The translations under genes were made by a program, and so were the position numbers. From an uncultured Clostridia bacterium (lineage in GTDB: Bacteria > Bacillota > Clostridia > Christensenellales > UBA3700), in assembly GCA_947175555.1 (NCBI GenBank), contig CAMWNK010000003.1:4540-68539 (forward strand): DNA of 64,000 nucleotides, given 5' to 3'. The notes beneath the pieces are model-generated. The model saw only the letters and a program-made list of their open reading frames with translations, did no database searches and had not been told where the DNA came from. Each line of letters opens with the position of its first letter. Position 1 is the stretch's first letter. This document shows positions 22,101 through 29,800 of this stretch, one piece after another.

Positions 22101-23593
22101 TTACCTACGAAAATTCCTATTTTGTTATTATCACCTGCGTTGAATACGTTACGATACCATACGTTCTTATACGGAAAGTCTAATATTACTCCGTCCACCG
22201 TAGTAGCGCGCGTAATCTGTCCGAATACTATACCCGTAGCAGAAGCGAAATCGTTTCCGGATCTACCGTTGTTATTATTAGTCATATACCAGTCAGAGAA
22301 CAACTGACCGGAGCCGCTGACTATTACCTTCTTAAACGTGCCACTATACGCCGATACGCCGCATACGCCGCCAAGTACATCATACTTAGTGCCATTCGTA
22401 CTCCAATCCACCAAACTACGTCCGTCTCTTAACGCATAAGGACTTATCCTGCCGTCAATGGTAACGGTAAGATTATCGATATTGCAGTTGGCGTTGAAGC
22501 CGACAGCACCGCCCATAATCAAAGACGCCATCAACTTACTACCATTGCGGGTGAACATTGTATGCTCGCCGCTAATATGAAGGTTGACGTTATTGATATT
22601 GGAACGCGCGGAATTGGAGTAATTATAAGGCTTATTGGGATCGCCGTCTGTATTAGCAGCCGCAACATTATCATACACGCCCGCTACGCCTACGAGAGCA
22701 CCGTAAGCTGCGGCTACTACGGTAGCATTGCCGCTTGCAGTAGTATTATTGTGCTGTATTATACGCACATTGTTGCCGCCGTCGTCGAGGGTGAAATTCT
22801 TGAGCGTACCTCTGCCCATATTACCTATGAACATGCTGTGCGCATTGTAAGTATAATCGGAATAGCCGTGCGCAGCCTGAGAGCCCCACTGGATATAAGG
22901 CTTGTTGAGTCTTGAGCCGGCATTGTCGCCGTTGATTGTCAAAGACATCTCGTATGACTCGTTAGCGGTTATCGAATGTCCCGCTCCGTCAAGAGTCGCA
23001 TTAAAGTTGTATGGAGATACAGTAGTCTCATTATAGGTCTGACTATTGATTGTCTTAGGAGAATAAGTAACGTCTTCCTCAAGCAATGCATACGTATTGG
23101 CAGAAGTATATACATTGGGAGTAGTGAGGAATAAGTCCATCGTAAAGCAACTGGCCGACGTACTTGCACGAGTAATAGGTACGACGTAGGTTACGCCGCC
23201 CGACTTGAACGACCACCAGAAATGATTGCTCAACAAATTAACGGTTTGCTGACCGGCCTGCAAGCTCGGCTGAGCTTTATTAGTGCCGGTAGTATTGATT
23301 ATGTATATATTAGTACTGGAATTAGCCTTGGAGGTATACCATACGGAGGGAGAGCCGTCGGATAATACCCTCTCTTGAGGAGTCCTGTATAACGCAAGGA
23401 ATTCCTTAACTAAGTAATCGTTATCTACCTTACCTGCCGTAGTCTCAACAGTCGTGGCTGCGCCCGAGACATATGCGTCCCCATTGCCGCCTAAACTATT
23501 GCCGTCCGTAAGCAATACAACAGCTACGGTGCATACTATCAGTACCGCCACCGTAATCGCCGCTATCAAAGCATAACGTCTGCTCTTACTCAT
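10160..23593 (-). CDS. giant (4,477 aa) membrane-anchored repeat protein: N-terminal signal-anchor, GLUG-motif/beta-helix-like head, dozens of MBG/Ig-like repeats, FN3-like domain, helical stalk, C-terminal TM pair plus ~146-aa terminal domain
   Basis: - The ORF is uninterrupted over 13.4 kb.
- The N-terminus MSKSRRYALIAAITVAVLIVCTVAVVLL is a signal-anchor.
- GLUG-like strands YGALVGVAG, MGGAVGFNANCNIDN and LGGVCGVSAYSG lie at about 22300-22750.
- Recurring ~80-90-aa units contain YNG/YGD...Y..TG...GD and TV.P/TVTPK junctions (e.g. YTVTPKTLGINVETPDINYNGNSV, VNYGDTIASQAEFTGYTYKI).
- YEYSIDGGNTW (FN3-like) lies at about 11070-11320.
- GGAGG lies upstream of the ATG. Confidence 0.9.
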   Translation of the reverse strand: MSKSRRYALIAAITVAVLIVCTVAVVLLTDGNSLGGNGDAYVSGAATTVETTAGKVDNDYLVKEFLALYRTPQERVLSDGSPSVWYTSKANSSTNIYIINTTGTNKAQPSLQAGQQTVNLLSNHFWWSFKSGGVTYVVPITRASTSASCFTMDLFLTTPNVYTSANTYALLEEDVTYSPKTINSQTYNETTVSPYNFNATLDGAGHSITANESYEMSLTINGDNAGSRLNKPYIQWGSQAAHGYSDYTYNAHSMFIGNMGRGTLKNFTLDDGGNNVRIIQHNNTTASGNATVVAAAYGALVGVAGVYDNVAAANTDGDPNKPYNYSNSARSNINNVNLHISGEHTMFTRNGSKLMASLIMGGAVGFNANCNIDNLTVTIDGRISPYALRDGRSLVDWSTNGTKYDVLGGVCGVSAYSGTFKKVIVSGSGQLFSDWYMTNNNNGRSGNDFASATGIVFGQITRATTVDGVILDFPYKNVWYRNVFNAGDNNKIGIFVGKRGSMVSSANFSLTYRDIYLTNNLFTGIEDSSMPTNKYDAVGNGTQYKWAPGYTGPTYLDNGSVSSNSSHAAATEITMPLAFDTDDSTITPFTVCSDDITSIGFSQDANYMIEIAASGNGIIWDATWNNKNGTVFNTATSGHTVYDPVYVQNANSGVKLKAYGGFDGTNANGRNLVLNISKGDSATYSFDSGSITKEYNGKAIDYPDLRIKMASNNSYNQDFQQIFNGNSGVTMHLPVDGATIGNVGPSILNSSGNNVFSSSYNGRTYSWHSSLNANRETIGHAYFANMYTSVQKYISTSGLFANVDDSDNATAESSRKLAKDAGRYKFNVTSAGAYIAMRIVSGSTTYYMLLTPDGDSSFEYTVTPKTLGINVETPDINYNGNSVNFQYSADNPSARARYSITGILSGDDVKADPTKIGYYNANGTSISQAVDAATYRLSVRGLVGESANNYTIDAIQDFTVHPVNVQVTPGSIVVNYGDTIASQAEFTGYTYKITDRNGNPTDITALPSGVNMLFDAMIEEGKYLFGTGNAHYSGRLNAGSYPIYLRGITFESETQRGNYNVINDVLNPSTSGAARGTLYVNQATLTLSQVTMPTSLVYGDSYSNPTYRITGLMYGDNIDASSEKWIYDLASNGIGYVAPPRAAGKHTVSLVDFSIGGVLVSSESGNYVYPDSNMRTEYNIAAKHINLHTDIDTSTVYRYKGSAWAFNTHIASQDLAYPTDDVKTPIQLLSYKDINLTQSADIENVGKYYLSASFTGSYEAVKSDGSSEQVSTDGSYVFDALLDVNGNEVDSIEVLKAAIAFVDLQVDQIVTYNDDLQKFAFTRDNITALNDSDAQELFEKIIVEYNGAHEVNGVETAGKYNVTLYLDETDNYESVYKQGLTFEIKKEDMEIVINGGKDFVKEYNANILPVVTVTVTGKNSGVNVNTPDLQANLVSTVFTDLNGNEVASAQSVGNYIMKVSYTGTVNRNAASASINVTVNPKVLTFALYDSEGNNIADSRKEVRTYNKAVYEADYSLIGVLAGESVIPTFVFKGEDGATLGSAPINANTKRSDGTYRSYRVEVSLPSSYTNYTMSTIGYDLTIEKYILSVDALTRYSYALRNGGMYTHDDYIGWITESIRMFDADGTAFTSEQLDMIMQSHQTSGSYDGFVFELYSNDSHTTAITDIINQYDDYSGELHLHILVNAAVLQLEMFAGGNYDVATDVTTHLNAIDITIMQMGIMITVDGEDGNKDITRVYDGGNFKIGFRLFTYNANNSYDATIDAINGEINHSNTDYKGIDSVLSLQISVTGRIGKNTPFAESILLTPGSSDFTNFFMDDGDGILGLTGRVKPTHAGVYNINYILNVSSVPQGGTVPSTWIMQTTTRLIINPVPVTPDGELADIVIPYHHVIDEALLESINSDELSYISQHRGLSITYSSDVLGTMPNVGEYMYTAELAIDPDYTGETLILSDYDLHENEGKIIVEKLNVNVSVGDLEFVYGTDYNRLVSNLLTIEYTNEPDFCDGTDHAELISRFISLVFNTDRDNPNVGTHTGMIEPRYSNPGTNINFVTVKKGDVTVTAKPVVITWGDRTGVYGTADIPLGAFSMNTTLIAGDSLSSVSGAVAYNAGAPITDIATLSVGSYTYEYSNIVFKDEDGVDISGNYSVTSQTRGKYTVTPVVLRGSYVKAFEPSYTGSEITGIFTFNVSDNINIPNGEELVWQIKYYASREDVTADTNAVAVAAVGDYWAMARLASVNGGAADVNNYSLTEIGWSQFSVAKANLTLSAIAGYDSSFNGTAVYSGSADNKLFDASALSFTFNNGNVYDVDVHGALIITISAVWNQDTSTRLSQVFDAGIYTVTVTVSNADNFADATFSNITLNVTPAQISRDDIYNYVTVNAPAGGYTYNALPQHPDVTLKSGIVGSISVEYYEVIILNLELRDDTINAGDYTIKLTFDSRNYVYDDYMYVVNAVDTYWTYTINRSDKISVSISTAEQYYNGNSQRPDNILITLLAGTDQAKTIRYPSSDIDATLFFYEKSNGGNNTSTITYNNKTYTYAVSNPPITGVVAKPGEYYVMLRINQINDGNFVNDIDAYYVINSGADLGVYTVRKGIMSVSATRNIEKQYDGVVGINGKDVIYEESGVWYINDEIISIAGAYDYKFGNITIDVSYYVGNDGEKDIYTRLYRWTWNTSQRYDSNGNALDGMIEANKPVKHYYSSGELGIEIQTGPYMGVFDFSFAGRYKIDIEIDNSTNSYYSQARELVFDDDGNSSEQNVNHHASGGATITLNNTSFSIAEADRLTYFNDFTASNAPLRSSDPKHSFHGIAGEDSGDVIKLNNRDYKHFTDADNDGYEDMASSDLTIEYFADRACTTAIARNSIYNAGKYYIRVTYAGDQVRYNAATWVIEYIIRPAEYWFELISDSTEEYETEFGTAFDVSKMSIGHDISPVEGRGKNTQFENNVRNLITVRNEGKSTYQGYTSPVGKYTIFYGWTWAVASNNAIRNNVELIDLSSADSKTSITVKPVQLVSGVNSSLNTDALPKSKEFSAAVTSAAWEQEIKNSIEITMTYFDESGNAITTGEKYTVGSYDLSYTWSRNGVGDYAIVDGIYSVGKYKISVNMTDANIAGCDFVIDFEVTKAIANVEIGQTGSKVYDARVWNVSYRITTPEGSINRDITAEFEPNEIHIVYYKDGSIVDRVVDAGNYTIEMYVDETDDYAKSDVVTATFTVNKANVDISYNSDYVDRKEYNGKYNIAPNDVATILLNGEVYSASDAGKYILYIGNNAWGDTGSSQATAIVAEYAQAVRDGNNAYITDWLDANHPEVAYYKTDSGISNVGKYYPIMMYLGDDNVDYSVNIVSGTSLPTVEIYKRAISVNVVGGLSYWLTYGDARINAADIQSEFNKAGCTYYEVVGYVAGDATPEVVWTVADLDTSYHAYSNAGEYAGAYYVQGELSHSAVNDNYYLELVYEEIDLYVARQKFVLDTKAMSAYLGSEGASALSVQIIDGKATIDRIYSGSAYSDITLTYDGAFNKDADGVITADKNLYNSIIVPPAVATYSLTDVGSVTATFSMALRDTTNYEFINADEFVDIAVTLNIAKADVEVQLKDALSFKDGEGYNAELHELTLQYVGKAFNFADYFDVKDITNDVNVVNGNRNTMWSINLGANVEPTLPGAYSGISLVMNSNNYDVKVNGASADYVMNVVITKNHDVGGDLKITTWFDDNHDTDDDHVFTKVYDTLEKRSSDFGFTAIYGIYGKAPSADLITEVRDEGGNIVSTVKDAGVYTVRFTIAAYSNWCFDLDADKNYVEYKYVIERFDVSNVSTVKAVDRGALYNTSVTLDYATYNGKAQTPAIDIWVSESRRLVASSDYTVDFGTDTVNAGKFDAVVTFVGNYSGSFVVHDFVIEAADLQQAYLSGNLTVDYIKSYAYTGEPIELRGLVISFNGNILTERTDYTYNNTTPHTKTGTHAVSVTGDNNFKGHLLDADNNYVITYYIGASVAMPQSVGSIVYGDNITQDIDLRVSSLDPGAKLDGDLTVHINKITAYTEQGSIALIASAREFVWIVGQGTEARTLRFTSTAGLPVGTYRVEVEYDATLAGADTVRSSLTTSLTVAQSSDYNFRISVSGIRSTRVDIAIVSGMTRAYEYSIDGGNTWSVFSGSVVEGLDDDKDYNIIFRINDSNYANDISDSQLWKSISVKTTLAPSKVTTVADRLKSTFRASSLAEYAKMLSDVNRVADAEKTSEFNASVAAATSSYESYVAKLNSVVASANSTADRMASKSISGADTAAAVGTAVTVSAAAVAVAGVMLVGRRKKREGACDVAEVKSVKARKSKTIAVLIAVVCIVIAFTFVMVGCKETYDSNTILTAASSAVLNGAAPNVSYTISDGNTVVYSYKDGKVTVNEHLQGVISGVVPSFDGTLGFNFSANYFNETETTFEGSVGTYKGDIIDARGFWEGDSAASNYRNATITAVADCATMHLQSMTIEYTYQSFKIELVAEYTW

Positions 23594-23699
23594 AATTTCC
23601 TCCCTGTGATATATCGCTATATCATCCTGCTTATCTGTCGCCTTTCCCCTGCGCCGCGACCGCGCCGTATCAGTCCGATAAATGCAAAAATCGGCATCT

Positions 23700-23750
23700 C
23701 TATACGGAGCTACCCGTATAGATTATAGCATACTTGTCTCTCATAAGAAA
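23700..23750 (-). promoter_or_regulatory. candidate promoter of the 4,477-aa gene with an 8-6-8 palindrome over the predicted TSS
   Basis: The minus strand reads TTTCTT (23750-23745), a 17-nt spacer, then extended -10 TGcTATAAT (23730-23722). It is immediately followed by the perfect inverted repeat CTATACGG-N6-CCGTATAG (23700-23721). Confidence 0.35.
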
Positions 23751-23776
23751 GCCCTTATTGAAAATTTCCTCATTTT

Positions 23777-23807
23777 TCCGCGGCGAAAAAGGCTTTTCCG
23801 CCGCGGA
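23777..23807 (-). other. GC-rich hairpin 10 nt downstream of the 7,246-aa gene stop, with no U-tract
   Basis: A 9-bp stem TCCGCGGCG / CGCCGCGGA. On the minus strand it is followed by AAAAATGAGG, so it is not a canonical intrinsic terminator. It may be a weak terminator or a processing/stability element. Confidence 0.35.
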
Positions 23808-23816
23808 TTTCATCAA

Positions 23817-26800
23817 TTAGACAAGGCTCCTTACGTCTTTAGTGATAATGAAGGCTTGCTTGAAGCTGTATCCGTCATAGTCGCAGATATTTAGGCTGTT
23901 AGCCCTGTATGCCGCAACGTCATAACCGATATAACCTACAAGTCTGTTGCCGATGGTGTCGATAGCTACAGGCAAGATCATCTTATATCCGCCCGAGAAC
24001 TCTACCTCTGCGTTAAGCTGTCTCCTCGCTGTGCTATCGGGAGTAGCGGACTCGTATATTCCGTCTCCGTCAAGGTCGAACGCCATTCCGACGACACGTC
24101 CCGACTCCATCCTGTAATTGATTATCTTGTTGCTCAATTCGTCTCTGCCGTATACCCAGTGGAACTTCTGATATATTACCTCGTCGTTCTCCACATACAG
24201 CTGTCCTTCCGCACCCATAGTATTCCAACCGGTGATTATCGAATTGGAGCGAACATAACTGCCGTCGGTGCTCTTCCACCTTACGGATATGCTCTCTGTG
24301 GTGCCGTTAGCGTAATGAGCAGTTACGTTGCCGGGCAACGCCGCAAGGCTATCGTCCCCGTTGACGAGCGACATGTAGTGCTCGTAAGGGTTGACAACTA
24401 TCGTATCTGCCTCGCCGTCTCTTACGGTAATGTACTCGGGCAGCTTGGTAGCTATGTTGATCACGATAGTCGTGGACTGGCTCAGTCTGTTGCTACCCCA
24501 ATCGGAAGCGTTCTGGCTGACGGATGCGGGGATGTAAATCGTATCACCCTTGATATCCAATACGCCGTTTGCCCAGCTGTTCAAAGCTATCCAACGTCCC
24601 GCCTTGGTCGAGTATATCTGCATAGTGCTACCACTGCCGCCGTTGCCCAGTACCATATTGTCGCTGATAACTGCATCGCCGTCGGCATAGGTTACCTTAA
24701 TCCTATCGATAGCATTGACAACGTCGTCGATGTTATTGAACGAGTACAGGTCAAGCTCATTGATGTTCTCGAGGCTCAAAGTAGAATCCTCGTATTCAAT
24801 CTCGAGCAGATTGGATATCGTTCCGTCGGCGAAGGTCAACTTAGCATTGATTGTCGCGCCCTGAGCAGCCGATACCGCCGCAGGATCGTAATCGGTAAGC
24901 AATACCTTATTCTCGTCGCCTGCCTTGTTGCGGTCGGTGGTTACGTCATACTTCTTGCGCTTTCCTTCGCTGGTCGTTACAACTACATACTGAGGCAACG
25001 AGTCGAAGTAGTGCATCTGTACCTTATCAATAGATACTATAGTAGACCTATTGCGGTGTATTACTATATTCAACGACTTAGAGCCTATCGAGCCGCCGAA
25101 CGTCGCCGTTGCGACAACAGTGATTTCGTCAGCGCTGCTGCTAAGCGCAGTAGCAAGATTGGTTGAATTAAGCGTGCCGCCGTTGATAGCGTATGTTATC
25201 TGACCTCTTGCAAAGTTGGAGCCTTGCTGATATCTTGCGGTAAGTCCCGATGCAAAGTACCTGCTGATAATCAGAGGCGCCGCCGCAGAAGGAGCTCCCA
25301 TCGAGAGAGGATCGTACTCGATATATGCAGGCAATCCGCCCCAACTTACGATACCTGCGGTATGGTCCGTGGTGGTAGACGAGCTACCTACGGACGCGCT
25401 ACCGTTGTAGATATCTATCTTGGTATGGAAAGGAGCTACGTCGCCCTGTCCTACTACGAAGGTGCTTCCGTTAGGCTTACCCCACAGCGAGGAGTCGCTG
25501 CCGGTATTGAATCCGGAGCCGCTCTGCGTCGACCTATTGACAATCGCGCTGCCGGTACGCACGTACGTGAAGTTCATGTTCATACGGCTGCCGCTTGTAC
25601 CTGCGGTATTGGTGGTAGCTCCGCTATACTGCAAGCCGCCCGTATTGGAGCCTGCCACACCCGCGGCATTGTAAGTAACCGTGTAGCCGTAAGCGGTATA
25701 TGACTTACCGTTCCTGACCACGGTAGAAGTCTTTGTGCTACCGTTTGACGTCAGCTTCTTAACGCCGCCCATTGCGGAGAGATTGCTGTACGTGAAGTCG
25801 TCTGTCCTACCGGTGTCGTAATAATACTGATCACGGCTCTGACCGCTGTTATACTTACCGTAGAAGGTCTGTACCTCATGCGTAAGCACTCTGCCGTTCT
25901 CGTCCCTGACTGCAAGTCCGAGGTCCTCGCCGTCGAAGGAGATATTGGCTATAGTACCGTCTACCAAGGATACGTTGAGCTTAGCCGTGTTCCACACCGC
26001 AAAAGGCAGCAGGTGCATGAATATACGGTTGAGGTTGCTCATGGTATCATGCCACTTAAGGCTGTCGTCCGCCTCTCTTATCGCAGGACCGTTAAGTTTA
26101 ACCTTTATAGCAGGTCCTACATTGACGTCGATATTGATATTGATCAACTCGAGCGCATCTGCAAGCAGCGGTACAATCTGCACAGCCAACGAGTCAAGAG
26201 TAGACGTAGGATCGTACTGCATACCCAGACGCAAGTCGTTGCCGCCCAAATCCATGGTGTTCAACCACGTAGAAGAGCGCGACGTCCTATCCCACCATGT
26301 GTGAGCAAGGTAGTTGTGTCTCAATCCCATAGAGCTCAAGTCAAGTATCGTATTGGCACCGAATATCAGATCCATTACGTCGTCGATGAGCTTATTGAGG
26401 TAATACGTATCGAAGTCTACGCTCAGGTTGAAGTTACCCGTTCCGGACAGCGAAGCCGTTATGCCGAAGTCATCTTCAGTCCAAGCCTCCGCCGTAGGAT
26501 ATGCTCCGCCTGTAGGCAATGTAGCCGCGTTGCTTCCCTTACGGTTGCCGCCGAGCAATGCCCAGAAATCAAGCTCGCCGAATACCTTATCAAAGCCGGT
26601 CTTGTTCATATAACCTTCAACCACTATACGATAATCTTCGTACCAGTTAAAGTTAACGTTATAACCGTAATTACCACTCGAAGTAGTCGCGCTTGCGGGA
26701 TAAGTTGTATCAAGCAAGACGTATCCGTCCGAACGCATTACTCTGAGGTTGTATCCGTCGAATGCTACGCCGTCCGCATTGGTGGCTGCATTGTGCACTA

Positions 26801-29800
26801 TTCTAAACGTGCTTCCCTCAACAACGGGGTTGGTGGAGTTGTACGCATATACCTTAATGCCGTAATCGACAACGGACTCTCCGGTACCGGAAGAGGTATC
26901 GTCGCCCGCAGTGGTGTCGTCAGGATTGGTATTCGCGCCGCTCTCATCGCCGATAATCATATTGATTATGTTATCGAGCAGTCCGCCCAATGTATTCATT
27001 ATACCGAGGTTGGGCACGCTAATGGTTACGGGGAAGGTACCGTCAGGTACGAATCCGCGTATCAAGCTCTGCATAGACGATGCGTACAGATTATCTCCGA
27101 GGTCAACCGTTACCGTGATGCCGATTGCACTTGCATTGATAACAAACCATCCCTTGGCGAGCTTAACCGTAAGCGAATCGTCGGGCGAGATGTATATGTA
27201 TGCAAGAGGCAACGTGCTACCGGCGCCCTTGGTATTGTACTCGGCGGTATCCATACCTATCAAGGTAACGAGCAATCCGCCTCTCTGTACTTGGAGCGAA
27301 CCGTTAAGATTTTCCGTGATAGTACGGTCCTCGTTAAGCGCCTCAACGCTGATACGCAGCGACGCAGGATAACCGAACGTATACGCGTTGTCCGCAGTGT
27401 AATTGTAGTATGCAATGCTCTCTACAGACGCGTTAGCCAAGTCTATCGACAGATTGATTCCGCTGCTGGCAATTAAAGACATCGCAAGCTGCGTACCGCT
27501 GTTCTGCTCGACGTTGAGGTCTATAAAGTTCATCGAAGGTATGACGAGGTTGCTGTAGTCGCTGCCGTCGTTGATATGCAAGTCAAGCTCGGCATTGACC
27601 GTAACGTTATCGATACGCAGCGACGCCGCTATATCGCCGCTCAGTATTCCGAGCAATACGGATACGTCTACGTCAAGTCCCAACTCTACGCCCAGCAGAT
27701 CTGCTACTATCGTATCGATTACCGAAGAAGTAGCATTGACAAGCAACGACGAATTCTCAAGCGAAAGCACGCCGAGCAGCTTAGTAACGATATAGCCGAT
27801 ATCCATATCCTGAACGCTCTCGTCCTTAGCCATAGTCTGCAACTCGTCTACATCCATAGTCGCGCCGCCTACGATGACACTGCCGAGGTCTATCTCTGCG
27901 TATTCGCCGAGGAGCGCCTTAATCAACACGCCGAAGTTAATGCCTTCGCCCGCGTCTACACCGAGAGCGCTGTCTATAGTGTCGTCCAACGTATGCGACA
28001 GGTTGTCGAGCAACGTGTAAAGCGTGCCCGTAAGATTGTTAATCATCCTGTTGGACGTCATCTTGATATTGAACAAGCCAAGTCCCTGCAACGCTACATA
28101 GAAGGAACGGTCTTTCAGGTAGAAGCCGAGCAACGTCTTGGTGTTATTGCCCTCGTAGTAGTTGAGCTCAGCCTTAAGAGTCGTGCCCTGCGCGTTAATA
28201 CCCGTAACCATCTGCGTGGTGCTGTTGCGGGTATAGTCGAGGTGCCACTCGAGATTGAGCGTCATGCCCATATCGCGTATGCCCTTGACGTCAAGTCTAA
28301 TGGGCGCGCCTATAGGCGACGTACCGTTGATGGCGTTGAACACAGTATTTATCATATCCGCCATATTGATGACGGTCTGCGTCGCGGACAAATCGAGCTT
28401 AAGTCCAAGACCTACGTCTTGCAGATAATTGAATATCAACATCCTGACAGTCGTAGCGTAATCGCCGCTGAAGTACGAGTTAGCCTTGCTGTCTATGATA
28501 TTGCTCAGTCTGTTGTAATCGCTGTCGCCGCCGCCTATAATGATGTCGTCGTACGATATCGACGCGCTGATATTGAAGTCGGACTTGCCGCCAACCTCGA
28601 CGTGCGCGCTATAGATGTCGGGCAACATATTGCCGTCTACGTCATAGCCTCTGACTATCACGTCATAAGAGCCTGCGTGATTGAGCGTTACGCTGTGCAC
28701 GGTTCCGTTAAGTCCGTCATACACTGCGCTCTTGACAATCGTTCCGTTTACTCTCTCGCAGATATCCAATCCGTATGTATGAGCATTGCTCATCGCATTC
28801 CAGTATATCAACCTGCCGTCGGAAGTAACGCCTATCTGTCCAAGGACCTTACCGACGCTGTTATTAAGATTGCCGCTTTCGTCAACGGTGAACATCACCT
28901 GTACGAACTTACCTGTAGACGTTCCGTTGCCTGCGGTAACGGTAACGAGATACCAACCGGCATCAAGCGGCAACGAGCTCAGCACCGAAGTGCCTGTCGC
29001 GCTCTTTGTTTCGGTCGCATTGGGCGCGCCGCTGACCGACAAGTCGGCGAAGTAATCTACCCTTACAGTATAATTGCTTGCGTTGTCGATAGCAGACCAT
29101 GTGTACGACAGTGCGCCGGAAGAAACCGTCGCGGATACCGTTCCGCTTGTCTCGTTGGCATTGACTACCGCGCCCGCCGTATTGGCATTCTGCATCAGAT
29201 CGCCCACTATATCGAGACTGTATCTCTTGAGCGTACGAACCGTCGTATTGACGACCTCGACTCCGCTTGCGTTGATTACAGAGAAGTTGTACTCGCCAAG
29301 CGCATTCATAACGTAGCTTACATCGAGCTTACCGCTGTAATCGGCAATCAGCGTATATTCTTTTACGCCGACAAGGCTGCCTTCGTTGGTGTGCGTAACC
29401 TTTACGGTATACGCCGCACCGATATCCATGCCCTTCAAGTGCGCGCCGTAGACGTCTATACTGTCTATATACCCGCCGCCGATATCGCCGGAAGTCGTTA
29501 CGCGCTCCACGTAGGTCTTAAGTCCGACAGCAGCTTCAATATCAAGCGCGCTGAGGTCAAATGCACCGAGCTTGACGCCAAACGCATCGAGTATCGCCGC
29601 CACAGCATCGAGCTGGACTGCTATACCAAGCTGATCGGCCTTTGCGATTATCTCTATTACAGCCATAGGCACAAGTTTATTGCCGTTAGCCTTGATAGAG
29701 TTGGCTATTACCGTATATCCGATAATGTTGCCGTACGTATCGTACGCGCAAAGCTCGATATTGTAAGTTCCGGAATAGTCAACATTGTATATATTGACGA

